Shown here in pieces: positions 46,201 through 60,700 of a stretch of DNA of 64,000 bases. Origin of the DNA: Eledone cirrhosa. Its lineage: Eukaryota. The notes below the pieces were generated by a model that was given only the letters and a program-made list of their open reading frames with translations, searched no databases and was not told the DNA's origin. Position 1 is the first letter of the stretch; every line of letters begins with the position of its first letter. Where the stretch lies: NCBI GenBank assembly GCA_964016885.1, contig OZ024752.1:8432001-8496000 (forward strand). Reading direction: 5' to 3'. The translations under genes were made by a program, and so were the position numbers.

Positions 46201-49200
46201 CACTCTACTTCTCTCACATAGCCAGCGTGGAAACATGGATGTTAAACGGTGATGATGATGATGATGATGAATGTTGATAAGATATTTCCACCTTCTAAAA
46301 TACTCAGCAGTATAACAGCTATTTACTTATCTTTGGACAATAAAAACAAGGTCCAACCCTTGCTAGCAGGGAAACCAAACATTAAAACGACAATGGTGAT
46401 GATGATGATGATCTATCTATCTCTACTTTTCTATCTGTTTATCTATATATCTACCTATCAGTTTACTTATCTGCCTCACTGTCTGCCTACAACTACTTAT
46501 AGATATTATATTTACCAACATATCTACCTCCGGACAACAATAACAACGAAGTACAAATCCCAATGGCAGGTTGAAGATAGACACAATGGTAGAACAAAGT
46601 CATCGTAATTTAGTGGACATGTGGATATATTATGTTGGATAAGGATTGAAGAAAATTATTTCAAATGGACAAAATGAATGTAAAATATAGTAATGGTCAG
46701 TGACCAACGAGAGGTCCAGAAATATAGTAATGGACGACAAAAAGCATCCAGTCCACACTGTTAAGTGGTCATGAAGGTGTCACAACAAAAACCACGAAGC
46801 CCACACTGTAAAGTGGTCATGTAGGTGTCACGACAAAAAGCACCCAGTCCACACTGTAAAGTGGTCATTAAGGTGTCACAACAAAAGCACCTAGTACATA
46901 CTGTAAAGTGGTTGGCATTAGGAAGGATATCCAGCTGTAGAAACCAAGCCAGAAACAGTTCTGTATGAGCAAGACATGATCAGCTGATCTGGCTTGTCTT
47001 ACAATGGGACAACTCATCGAACCCATGTTAAATGGTGATGCTGATGACAATACCGGCTGACCTCCCTGTAACTTCTAATGGAGTTGACTTCAGTATTTAA
47101 AACCTGGTGGTACCCATCCCTCTCTAGTTTTGAAATCAATAGATTTATTCCATAAAAACATGTATATTGATATCTTTATCAATAAACATAACACCAAGTG
47201 AAGGCACATGGCTGAGTGGTTAGAGAATTGGATTTGCAATTGTGAGGTTGTGAGTTCGATTTCCAGACCGGGTGATGCGTTATGTCCTTGAGCAAGATAC
47301 TTTATATCACATTGCTCCTTCTACATGGAGTTATGACCGATAGATAGAAATAGCAATTGGAAAGACCAATGGAAACATTGTTTCCTCGGTCCGATTTGAT
47401 GAAAGTTGATCGACTGTCGATATCACCAAATTTTATTTCTTCATTAAAATAAATACATGTATGAGTATTAAAATATAAACATACCAAAGAAATTGTGAAG
47501 GTCATGAATTTGATTCTTGGCAGCGTGTTGTGTCCTTGAGCAAGACACTTTATTTCATGCTGCTCCAGTCAAGTCAACTGGAAAAAATGAGTTATCACAG
47601 TGTCACACTGAATCTCCCTGAGGATTATGTTATAGATACACATGTTTGTGGAATGCTCAGCCACTTGAACTTTAGTTTTACAAGCAGACTGTTTCAGTGA
47701 TCAAAACACGGAACATTTCACTGTCAGAACTGACAAAGACCCAATACAAACAAAATTAAATGTACAGTAATTACTTCTACATTTGATTAGAATTTTCTAA
47801 GGATAATTAATCTGACAATCAAAGTACTGTTGTAAGATGTAGTTCCAAGGAGATTTTAGCTGTTATTTCTAGCATGTTAAACATCCCTGCTAATTGACAT
47901 ACCTTAACCCTTTACCATTTACATTACTTTATATATACTATTGTATTTTTGTGGTAAAGGCTTTACCTCACATAATATCGATTCTATGAAATTTTTAGAT
48001 TATTTATTTTGAGAACAATACATTAACGTCAGTAAGAGTGGCCAGTTACAGCTGGTTTGAATAGAAAGAGGTGACAGAATTCTGGCGGGATATGGCTGGT
48101 TTAAATGCTAAAGGGTTAAGTTCAGCTGCCACTTAACATCTACATTGAGACAAAATTAATGGGGCAAAGAAAGAGTCTTCCTCTACTACATCTACCATGA
48201 GTTGGTTCCCACAACTTGTGTATAATACCCTAAGTTTGTTAGTTTGTCACCAGATAACTGCTCCCTAGTAAAGTTTGTATCACCTGAGAGTTGATTAATG
48301 TCAGAACAGGTCTTCTACTGAGTCTCCCGAGAGTTGGTTCCCACAATAGTAACTTGTATATAACATCCCTTAGTATGTTAGTTTGCCACAAAGATAGAAA
48401 ATATTCAACGATTCATTGTCTAATGAAGAACTGGTTTTTCTGAAATATTCCTAACAACATCTCCTTATTTTACAAGGTCTGTGTAATTGTCTGACCTGCT
48501 ATAAACAGCAGACAAACGCCTGTCAAATCACAGCCATCTTAAAAAATGCTACATTAAAGAGTGTAGGCTTGGTTGCAGAATATAATGCCTTGCAAAAAGG
48601 GATATCTAAAGGATGTATGAGGAATCTACCCTTGCGACCCTCTCAGTAATAATTGGGTGAAAAATAAGAAATAAACAAAGTATGTAAATACTTAAATATC
48701 AGGTTTTAGGCCGAAGACACCAAACCAAATGACTTTACTTTGACCATCATGGAACATTTGGTTATGTAGATAAACATTAGAGAAGAGCTGCCATCATCAT
48801 CCCCAATGGAAATATGAACCCATTTAAAGATATACTAAACTTTCTGGTACAAGTTAAACAAAGCATCGTCATCACTGTTTAATGTCAATTGTTCCATGCT
48901 TGCATGGGTTAGACAGGTTGTCCCATTATGAGACAAGTCAGGTCTCCGAAGAAAACATCTCACTCATATGGATGTGTATTTTGGCTAAGTTTCTACAGCT
49001 GCAGGCCCTTCCTAACACCAACCGCATTACAGTGTGGAGGTCTGGAGAAAACATCTCAATCATATGGATGTGTATTTTGGCTAAGTTTCTAGTAGGCCCT
49101 TCCTAACACCAACCACATTACAGTGTGGAGGTCTGGAGAAAACATCACACTCATTTGAATGTGTATTTTGGCTAAGTTTCTACAACTGGAAGCCCTTCCT

Positions 49201-49425
49201 AACCACATATGTTATAACATGGACCAAGTGCTATTTACCGTGACAACATAAAATAAATAATAGCAATCTAACCTTGTCCTCCATAAGCACGGTTGGAACA
49301 TTTCTCAAGTTCATTCCCCACTCTTGAACTTTTAGAGCCATCCCAATATAACTTATGGTTATCTGGTGTTTTGGCTGGACGCTTGTAACCATCATGGACA
49401 TGGCTATCCCAACGTTGACTGGGCA
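43074..49425 (-). CDS. USP36: USP36-like (scrawny-type) ubiquitin-specific protease, last four coding exons (5' part beyond the window)
   Basis: Exons 49425-49273, 45654-45542, 44439-44347 and 43217-43074 splice in frame. They read ELEKCSNRAYGGQVMSWEGGKS...DYNEDYDRGKVKKIKK...NNFQRL, matching the USP36 C-terminal signature as recalled (AYG.KV.TWDG...DEEFDRGK.KKIKK...NAFQKL). The catalytic domain is not in the window. Confidence 0.8.
43345..43560 (-). mobile_element. RTE LINE 3' UTR fragment
   Basis: gctagcatgggttagacggg...ggctggatgcactttctaacaccaacc. Confidence 0.8.
44347..44439 (-). CDS. USP36: USP36-like exon (n-1)
   Basis: VKKIKKQRLNHMYKSGINNFQRLYNERNKEK; aaacag acceptor, GTGAGT donor. 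Confidence 0.85.
44885..45060 (+). mobile_element. Decayed L1/Tx1-like ORF2 C-terminal fragment
   Basis: Reads ELPPSFRRETWQVFLCLVTMAKEAVWKT...SSQAFINL. Confidence 0.4.
45033..45310. repeat. ~47-bp minisatellite, ~6 copies
   Basis: Unit ctccagccaagctttcatcaacttggagaggaaggtactaccttctt. Confidence 0.9.
45542..45654 (-). CDS. USP36: USP36-like exon (n-2)
   Basis: VMSWEGGKSLLDQQLERERSRHERYMSHDYNEDYDRGK; ttgcag acceptor, GTAAGT donor. Confidence 0.85.
45700..45887. mobile_element. piggyBac-type MITE, right end eroded
   Basis: ttaactctttaccatctacattactctata... Confidence 0.75.
46730..47050 (+). mobile_element. RTE LINE 3' UTR fragment with tandem modules
   Basis: Repeated cacactgtaaagtggtc..aggtgtcac..caaaaagcacc modules. 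Confidence 0.75.
47904..48119. mobile_element. piggyBac-type MITE
   Basis: TTAACCCTTTACCATTTA...TAAATGCTAAAGGGTTAA. Confidence 0.85.
48864..49240 (-). mobile_element. RTE LINE 3' UTR fragment with internal triplication
   Basis: catgcttgcatgggttagacagg...cccttcctaacaccaacc, repeated. Confidence 0.7.
49273..49425 (-). CDS. USP36: USP36-like exon (n-3)
   Basis: ttgcag acceptor; PSQRWDSHVHDGYKRPAKTPDNHKLYWDGSKSSRVGNELEKCSNRAYGGQ; GTTAGA donor, phase 1. Confidence 0.8.
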
Positions 49426-51715
49426 CTGCAATAATGGAAGAAATCAATATTTACTTCAAGAAATAAATGACCCGAGTGAAAGATTTAATAAAAAAAAAAT
49501 TAATTAACCTACCAGATATTTAATACTAACAACGTTACTAAGATATTTATTCAACCTTTGTTAAACAAAATTGAAACAGCATTCATTTCTTACACCTTAT
49601 AACAATGCAGTTGATATTTCATTTTAAAATCTTTCAACATTTCATTTTATTTATCAAATCAATTATTACACCACAATAAAAATAAGCTATTATTTATTTA
49701 AGAGTTTGAAAATTTTCAAAATTAAAACTTTTGCAATGTAAACAAAAATATTTAAACGTAAACAATTTTATAGCTTAATTTTTGTTCTCTTGTTTTTTAA
49801 TTTTTTTTTTTGCCTTAATTCAAATATCTTTAAAAATCTTTAGAAATTTATTTTGGTTTAAATGGAAAATAAAATATCACTATAGCAAAGCTTTCATTAT
49901 GGGATAGAAATGGAGTTAGCAATATGCTAACAAGCAACAAACATGAAAGTAAGCAGAGATTGGCGTAGAAGCTTACAACAAATCACTTGCTTTCAATGTC
50001 TTCGATGCAATATAAAAAAAAAGTGGGCAGGTGCAGCAGGAAATAAAAGCATTCTAGTATGGCAGAGATTACAAGTGAACTAGTAGAAAAACAAAACATC
50101 TAAAGCAGAGACATTTTCACATTATTTTAGTTATCAAAATAAATCATAAGAAAGGAAATAAGTTATTAAGTGCCAGAGAAAGAAATGATCAAGGATTGAA
50201 GATTGAATTCAACCTTAATATATATTTTACTGTTAATCATCTAAGCTAAAATTGGTAGATTATTAAATGAGAAAGGGGATCTCACGCAGGAACACAAGGA
50301 GCAAATAAATAAAATAAAATAAAAAGAAATTTTTTTTTATATTAGCATAAGTGATAACAAAACATTGTAAATAAATATAACTCAAATAAAGTCAATATAC
50401 AAAATACCAACAAACACATGTACACACACTGACTAATTAACAAACATAATTATATAGATAGTACAAAAATATTAATTAGTAATTGATAATCTGAGATTTA
50501 AAGAGTGCATAAAACTGACTTCATAACCAGTTTAACACCCCCACACACACAGTGCAGCTTAATGTATTGAGGTACACACACACACACACTCTCACTATTA
50601 TGTGTTCCAGTCGACAGCCTGAGGCCATGCTGGGGCACTCCTATGGTTTTTTGTAGACCTATAAATATTAGTTAAATTCACATCAGTTTTTGTTTACCTC
50701 TTGATAGCTATTCAACACCAAAACTTCCCTTTTCTCCCCCTCATTACATTAAGACAACTATTTGATCATGTAGAACTACACCAAATCTACATCCATAACT
50801 TCTTTTTTCTTTCAATGTCAACAATTAAAGAAAATCATCTCCTCTATGAAGAAACACTACATTTCCCCTCCAATACAAATGAAGATGCTAGAAACAGCCA
50901 ACCAAAAACAGCAGCCAGATCTACCCACATTAACATCCCTATTTCAAATGATGGCAACACATGAGCCACAAGCTATTTATTAAGAAAACAGACAAAAGAA
51001 TTATGGTTAGAAAATTGAAGAGATTTGATATCAACTCTAACAGGCAACAACTGTCATGTGGTTCTCCAGATGTTCAGAATTGAAATATTCCAACCCAGAT
51101 TCAACTTAAAACATTTCATCTGAACAATTCAATGAACTAAGTAAGATATAGTGGGTATTAAAACAGAGTGTGCTGAACATTAACAGAACAGTTTTATGAA
51201 TTATATCATTTATCTAAATGACAGCTTACTTATAATAAATAGTGCAGGACCCTTCAGTTAGGTCAAGGGCCGACAGCTTCTCTTGTGGTGGGGCCATGAA
51301 AAATGCATCTAATACACCTTGTAAGATGGTTGTCAATAAAAAGGACAAGAAGACACTTTAGTTGTCAAGATCATGACAATCTACATGATAAACACACCCA
51401 CTACACTCTGTAATGTGGTTGGTAATAAGAAAGGCCTTCCAGCCATAGAAAACTTGCCAAAGAGTCAGGAGGGTTGTTAAGTCGCGCCACAGAGATGACA
51501 ACCTCCCCAGTGTTCTAGATCTATAAGATAAACTATCAGCCACTACACTCAGTAAAGTGGTTGGTGATAGGAAGAGCATCCAGCCATAGACAACCTGTTA
51601 TACAAAAAGATTGGGAAGATTCTTCAGCAAGAAAAGACATGACAATATCCCTAGTGTTGGTGTCATAATATGCTCACAGTAGAGTGCTGGATCACATGTT
51701 GACCCCTTGACCCAC

Positions 51716-54700
51716 CTGGGGATAGTGTATATATTGATGGGACATACTAAATACCGTCACCTTACTGGGGATAGTGTATATATTGATGGGACATACTTAA
51801 TACTGTCACCTTACTGGGGATAGTGTATATATTGATGGGACATACTTAATACTGTCACCTTACTGGGGATAGTGTATATATTGATGGGACATACTTAATA
51901 CTGTCACCTTACTGGGGATAGTGTATATATTGATGGGACATACTAAATACTGTCACCTTACTGGGGATATTGTATATATTGATGGGACATACTTAATACT
52001 GTCACCTTACTGGGGATAGTGTATATATTGATGGGACATACTTAATACTGTCACCTTACTGGGGATAGTGTATATATTGATGGGACATACTAAATACTGT
52101 CACCTTACTGGGGATAGTGTATATATTGATGGGACATACTAAATACTGTCACCTTACTGGGGATAGTGTATATATTGATGGGACATACTTAATACTGTCA
52201 CCTTACTGGGGATAGTGTATATATTGATGGGACATACTAAATACTGTCACCTTACTGGGGATAGTGTATATATTGATGGGACATACTTAATACTGTCACC
52301 TTACTGGGGATAGTGTATATATTGATGGGACATACTAAATACTGTCACCTTACTGGGGATAGTGTATATATTGATGGGACATACTAAATACTGTCACCTT
52401 ACTGGGGATAGTGTATATATTGATGGGACATACTAAATACTGTCACCTTACTGGGGATAGTGTATATATTGATGGGACATACTAAATACTGTCACCTTAC
52501 TGGGGATAGTGTATATATTGATGGGACATACTTAATACTGTCACCTTACTGGGGATAGTGTATATATTGATGGGACATACTTAATACTGTCACCTTACTG
52601 GGGATAATATATATATTGATGGGACATACTAAATACTGTCACATTACTGGGGATAGTGTATATATTGATGGGACATACTTAATACTGTCACCTTACTGGG
52701 GATAGTGTATATATTGATGGGACATACTTAATACTGTCACCTTACTGGGGATAATATATATATTGATGGGACATACTAAATACTGTCACCTTACTGGGGA
52801 TAGTGTATATATTGATGGGACATACTTAATACTGTCACCTTACTGGGGATAGTGTATATATTGATGGGACATACTTAATACTGTCACTTTACTGGGGATA
52901 GTGTATATATTGATGGGACATACTAAATACTATCACCTTACTGGGGATAATATATATATTGATGGGACATACTAAATACTGTCACATTACTGGGGATAGT
53001 GTATATATTGATGGGACATACTTAATACTGTCACCTTACTGGGGATAGTGTATATATTGATGGGACATACTTAATACTGTCACTTTACTGGGGATAGTGT
53101 ATATATTGATGGGACATACTAAATACTATCACCTTACTGGGGATAATATATATATTGATGGGACATACTAAATACTGTCACATTACTGGGGATAGTGTAT
53201 ATATTGATGGGACATACTTAATACTGTCACCTTACTGGGGATAGTGTATATATTGATGGGACATACTTAATAATGTCACTTTACTTGGGATAGTGTATAT
53301 ATTGATGGGACATACTAAATACTATCACCTTACTGGAGATAATATATATATTGATGGGACATACTAAATACTGTCACCTTACTGGGGATAGTGTATATAT
53401 TGATGGGACATACTTAATACTGTCACCTTACTGGGGATAGTGTATATATTGATGGGACATACTAAATACTGTCACCTTACAGGGGATGGTGTATATATTG
53501 ATGGGACATACTTAATACTGTCACCTTACAGGGGATAGTGTATATATTGATGGGACATACTTAATACTGTCACCTTACTGGGGATAATATATATATTGAT
53601 GAGACATACTAAATACTGTCACCTTACTGGGGATGGTGTATATATTGATGGGACATACTTAATACTGTCACCTTACTGGGGATAATATATATATTGATGA
53701 GACATACTAAATACTGTCACCTTACTGGGGATGGTGTATATATTGATGGGACATACTAAATACTGTCACCTTACTGGGGATAGTGTATATATTGATGGGA
53801 CATACTAAATACTGTCACCTTACTGGGGATAGTGTATATATTGATGGGACATACTTAATACTGTCACCTTACTGGGGATAGTGTATATATTGATGGGACA
53901 TACTAAATACTGTCACCTTACTGGGGATGGTGTATATATTGATGGGACATACTAAATACTGTCACCTTACTGGGGATAGTGTATATATTGATGGGACATA
54001 CTAAATACTGTCACCTTACTGGGGATAGTGTATATATTGATGGGACATACTTAATACCGTCACCTTACTGGGGATAATATATATATTGATGGGACATTCT
54101 AAATACTGTCACCTTACTGGGGATAATATATATATTGATGGGACATACTAAATACTGTCACCTTACTGGGGATGGTGTATATATTGATGGGACATACTTA
54201 ATACTGTCACCTTACCGAGGATAGTGTATATATTGATGGGACATACTAAATACTGTCACCTTACTGGGGATAGTATATATATTGATGGGACATACTTAAT
54301 ACCGTCACCTAACTGGGGATGGTGTATATATTGATGGGACATACTTAATACTGTCAGTATACTGGGGATAATATATATATATTGATGGGACATACTTAAT
54401 ACTGTCACCTTACAGGGGATAATATATATATTGATGGGACATACTAAATACTGTCACCTAACTGGGGATGGTGTATATATTGATGGGACATACTAAATAC
54501 TGTCACATTACTGGGGATAATATATATATTGATGGGACATACTAAACACTGTCACCTTACTGGGGATAGTGTATATATTGATGGGACATACTTAATACTG
54601 TCACCTTACTGGGGATAATATATATATTGATGGGACATACTAAATACTGTCACCTTACAGGGGATAATATATATATTGATAGGACATACTTAATACTGTC

Positions 54701-57700
54701 ACATTACTGGGGATAATATATATATTGATGGGACATACTAAACACTGTCACCTTACTGGGGATAGTGTATATATTGATGGGACATACTAAATACTGTCAC
54801 CTTACTGGGGATAATATATATATTGATGGGACATACTTAATACTGTCACCTTACTGAGGATAAGAGAAATATTGATGGGACATACTTAATACTGTCACCT
54901 TACTGGGGATAGTGTATATATTGATGGGACATACTTAATACTGTCACCTTACTGGGGATGGTGTATATATTGATGGGACATACTTAATACTGTCACCTTA
55001 CTGGGGATAATATATATATTGATGGGACATACTAAACACTGTCACCTTACTGGGGATAAGAGAAATATTGATGGGACATACTTAATACTGTCACCTTACT
55101 GGGGATAGTGTATATATTGATGGGACATACTTAATACTGTCACCTTACTGGGGATAGTGTATATATTGATGGGACATACTTAATACTGTAACCTTACTGG
55201 GGATAATATATATATTGATGGGACATACTTAATACTGTCACCTTACTGGGGATAATATATATATTGATGGGACATACTAAATACTGTCACCTTACTGGGG
55301 ATAATATATATATTGATGGGACATACTAAATACTGTCACCTTACTGGGGATAGTGTATATATTGATGGGACATACTTAATACTGTCACCTTACTGGGGAT
55401 AATATATATTGATGGGACATACTACATACTGTCACCTTACTGGGGATAGTGTATATATTGATGGGACATACTTAATACTGTCACCTTACTGGGGATAGTG
55501 TATATATTGATGGGACATACTTAATACTGTCACCTTACTGGGGATAGTGTATATATTGATGGGACATACTAAATACTGTCACCTAACTGGGGATAATATA
55601 TATATTGATGGGACATACTTAATACTGTCACCTTACTGGGGATAGTGTATATATTGATGGGACATACTAAATACTGTCACCTTACAGGGGATGGTGTATA
55701 TATTGATGGGACATACTTAATAATGTCACTTTACTTGGGATAGTGTATATATTGATGGGACATACTAAATACTGTCACCTTACTGGGGATAAGAGAAATA
55801 TTGATGGGACATACTTAATACTGTCACCTTACAGGGGATAGTGTATATATTGATGGGACATACTTAATACTGTCACCTAACTGGGGATAGTGTATATATT
55901 GATGGGACATACTTAATACTGTCACTTTACTGGGGATAATATATATATTGATGGGACATACTAAATACTGTCACCTTACTGGGGATAAGAGAAATATTGA
56001 TGGGACATACTTAATACTGTCACCTTACAGGGGATAGTGTATATATTGATGGGACATACTTAATACTGTCACCTTACTGGGGATAATATATATATTGATG
56101 CGAGATGCTTAATACTGTCACCTTACTGGGGATAGTGTATATATTGATGGGACATACTAAATACCGTCACCTTACTGGGGATAATATATATATTGATGGG
56201 AGATGCTTAATACTGTCACCTTACTGGGGATAGTGTATATATTGATGGGACATACTAAATACTGTCACCTTACTGGGGATAATATAAATATTGATGGGAC
56301 ATACTTAATACTGTCACCTTACAGGGGATAGTGTATATATTGATGGGACATACTTAATACTGTCACCTTACTGGGGATAATATATATATTGATGCGAGAT
56401 GCTTAATACTGTCACCTTACTGGGGATAGTGTATATATTGATGGGACATACTAAATACCGTCACCTTACTGGGGATAATATATATATTGATGGGACATAC
56501 TAAATACTGTCACCTTACTGGGGATGGTGTATATATTGATGGGACATACTTAATACTGTCACCTTACCGAGGATAGTGTATATATTGATGGGACATACTA
56601 AATACTGTCACCTTACTGGGGATAGTATATATATTGATGGGACATACTTAATACCGTCACCTAACTGGGGATGGTGTATATATTGATGGGACATACTTAA
56701 TACTGTCAGTATACTGGGGATAATATATATATATTGATGGGACATACTTAATACTGTCACCTTACAGGGGATAATATATATATTGATGGGACATACTAAA
56801 TACTGTCACCTAACTGGGGATGGTGTATATATTGATGGGACATACTAAATACTGTCACATTACTGGGGATAATATATATATTGATGGGACATACTAAACA
56901 CTGTCACCTTACTGGGGATAGTGTATATATTGATGGGACATACTTAATAGTGTCACCTTACTGGGGATAATAAATATATTGATGGGACATACTAAATACT
57001 GTCACCTTACAGGGGATAATATATATATTGATAGGACATACTTAATACTGTCACATTACTGGGGATAATATATATATTGATGGGACATACTAAACACTGT
57101 CACCTTACTGGGGATAGTGTATATATTGATGGGACATACTAAATACTGTCACCTAACTGGGGATAGTGTATATATTGATGGGACATACTAAATACTGTCA
57201 CCTAACTGGGGATAGTGTATATATTGATGGGACATGCTTAATACTGTCACCTTACTGGGGATAGTGTATATATTGATGGGACATACTAAATACTGTCACC
57301 TTACTGGGGATAATATATATATTGATGGGACATACTTAATACTGTCACCTTACTGGGGATAAGAGAAATATTGATGGGACATACTTAATACTGTCACCTT
57401 ACTGGGGATAGTGTATATATTGATGGGACATACTTAATACTGTCACCTTACTGGGGATGGTGTATATATTGATGGGACATACTTAATACTGTCACCTTAC
57501 TGGGGATAATATATATATTGATGGGACATACTAAACACTGTCACCTTACTGGGGATAAGAGAAATATTGATGGGACATACTTAATACTGTCACCTTACTG
57601 GGGATAGTGTATATATTGATGGGACATACTTAATACTGTCACCTTACTGGGGATAATATATATATTGATGGGACATACTAAATACTGTAACCTTACTGGG

Positions 57701-60700
57701 GATAATATATATATTGATGGGACATACTTAATACTGTCACCTTACTGGGGATAATATATATATTGATGGGACATACTAAATACTGTCACCTTACTGGGGA
57801 TAATATATATATTGATGGGACATACTAAATACTGTCACCTTACTGGGGATAGTGTATATATTGATGGGACATACTTAATACTGTCACCTAACTGGGGATG
57901 GTGTATATATTGATGGGACATACTTAATACTGTCACCTTACTGGGGATAATATATATTGATGGGACATACTACATACTGTCACCTTACTGGGGATAGTGT
58001 ATATATTGATGGGACATACTTAATACTGTCACCTTACTGGGGATAGTGTATATATTGATGGGACATACTTAATACTGTCACCTTACTGGGGATAGTGTAT
58101 ATATTGATGGGACATACTAAATACTGTCACCTAACTGGGGATAATATATATATTGATGGGACATACTTAATACTGTCACCTTACTGGGGATAGTGTATAT
58201 ATTGATGGGACATACTAAATACTGTCACCTTACAGGGGATGGTGTATATATTGATGGGACATACTTAATACTGTCACCTAACTGGGGATAGTGTATATAT
58301 TGATGGGACATACTAAATACTGTCACCTTACTGGGGATAGTGTATATATTGATGGGACATACTTAATACTGTCACTTTACTGGGGATAATATATATATTG
58401 ATGGGACATACTAAATACTGTCACCTTACTGGGGATAAGAGAAATATTGATGGGACATACTTAATACTGTCACCTTACAGGGGATAGTGTATATATTGAT
58501 GGGACATACTTAATACTGTCACCTTACTGGGGATAATATATATATTGATGCGAGATGCTTAATACTGTCACCTTACTGGGGATAGTGTATATATTGATGG
58601 GACATACTAAATACCGTCACCTTACTGGGGATAATATAAATATTGATGGGACATACGTAATACTGTCACCTTACTGGGGTTAATATATATATTGACGGGA
58701 CATACTTAATACTGTCACCTTACTGGGGATAATATATATATTGATGGGAGATGCTTAATACTGTCACCTTACTGGGGATAGTGTATATATTGATGGGACA
58801 TACTAAATACTGTCACCTTACTGGGGATAATATAAATATTGATGGGACATACGTAATACTGTCACCTTACTGGGGTTAATATATATATTGACGGGACATA
58901 CTTAATACTGTCACCTTACTGGGGATAATATATATTTTGATGGGACATACTTAATACTGTCACCTAACTGGGGATAGTGTATATATTGATGGGACATACT
59001 TAATACTGTCACTTTACTGGGGATAATATATATATTGATGGGACATACTAAATACTGTCACCTTACTGGGGATAAGAGAAATATTGATGGGACATACTTA
59101 ATACTGTCACCTTACTGGGGATAGTGTGTATATTGATGGGACATACTAAATACCGTCACCTTACTGGGGATAATATATATATTGATGGGAGATGCTTAAT
59201 ACTGTCACCTTACTGGGGATTGAGTATATATTGATGGGACATACTAAATACTGTCACCTTACTGGGGATAATATATATATTGATGGGACATACTAAATAC
59301 TGTCACCTTACTGGGGATAGTGTATATATTGATGGGACATACTTAATACTGTCACCTTACGGGGGATAACATAAATATTTATGGGACATACTTAATACTG
59401 TCACCTTACTGGGGATAATATATATATTGAAGGGACATACAAAATACTGTCACCTTACTGGGGATAGTGTATATATTGATGGGACATACTAACTACTGTC
59501 ACCTTACTGGGGATAATATATATATTGATGGGACACACTTAATATTGCCACCTTACTGGGGATAATATATATATTGATGGGACACACTAAATACCGTCAC
59601 CTTACTGGGGATAGTGTATATATTGATGGGACATACTAACTACTGTCACCTTACTGGGGATAATATATATATTGATGGGACACAATACTGTCACCTTACT
59701 GGGGATAGTGTATATATTGATGGGACATACTTAATACTGTCACCTTACTGGGGATAATATATATATTGATGGGACATACTAAATACTGTCACCTTACTAG
59801 GGATAATATATATCTTGATGGGACATACTAAATACCGTCACCTTACTGGGGATAGTGTATATATTGATGGGACATATTAAATACTGTCACCTTACTGGGG
59901 ATAATATATATATTGATGGGACATACTAAATACTGTCACCTTACTGGGGATAATATATATATTGATGGGACATACTAAATACTGTCACCTTACTGGGGAT
60001 AATATATATATTGATGGGACATACTTAATAGTCACCTAAATGGCCTTGCTCAGTATGTAGGAAAGGTGTAGGTAGGAACTCCATTCTTTGCCCCAAATGC
60101 AAACAATGGGTACACAAGAGATGTAGCGGGATCTCAGGAAGCTTAATTAAGAATGTAGGATTCACATGCAGCAGCTGTGCTGAAACAGCAAGCAAACAGC
60201 CACAGGAAACAAGTACCACCAATCTCTGGGAGGGCCCTGTAGAAACAGTAGACAGCTTCTGCTACCTAGGTGACCGAATTAGCAACGGAGGTGGGTGCTC
60301 AGAAAGTACAATAACTAGGGTAAGAACGGGATGGAAGAAGTTTAGGGAACTACTACCACTGCTAGCTGCAAAAGGCTTCTCCCTCAGAATGAAAGGCAGA
60401 CTGTATGATGCGTGTATCCGAACAGCGATGTTGCATGGTAGTGAGACCTGGGCGCTGAAGGTGGAAGACTTACGTAGATTAGAGAGAAACGAAGCCTGCA
60501 TGCTCCGATGGATGTGTAACAGTAATATACGTGAACGACAAAGCATAAATGAATTGAGAGAGAGACTGAGCATAAGAGGAATCAAATGCTGCGTGCAGGA
60601 GAGGCGGTTACGCTGGTATGGACATGTGATGCGTATGAAGGATGACAGCTGCATAAAAAGGTGCAGAGCACTAGAAGTTGATGGAAACCGCGGAGTGGGG

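Noticed and set aside
47200-47280. Possible tRNA genes (also 5590 and 26176)
   Set aside because: A/B boxes are present, but there is no cloverleaf and they run into SINE bodies
50701-50964. 87-aa ORF or additional USP36 exon
   Set aside because: No homology recognised; the minus-strand frames between the candidate splice sites contain stops
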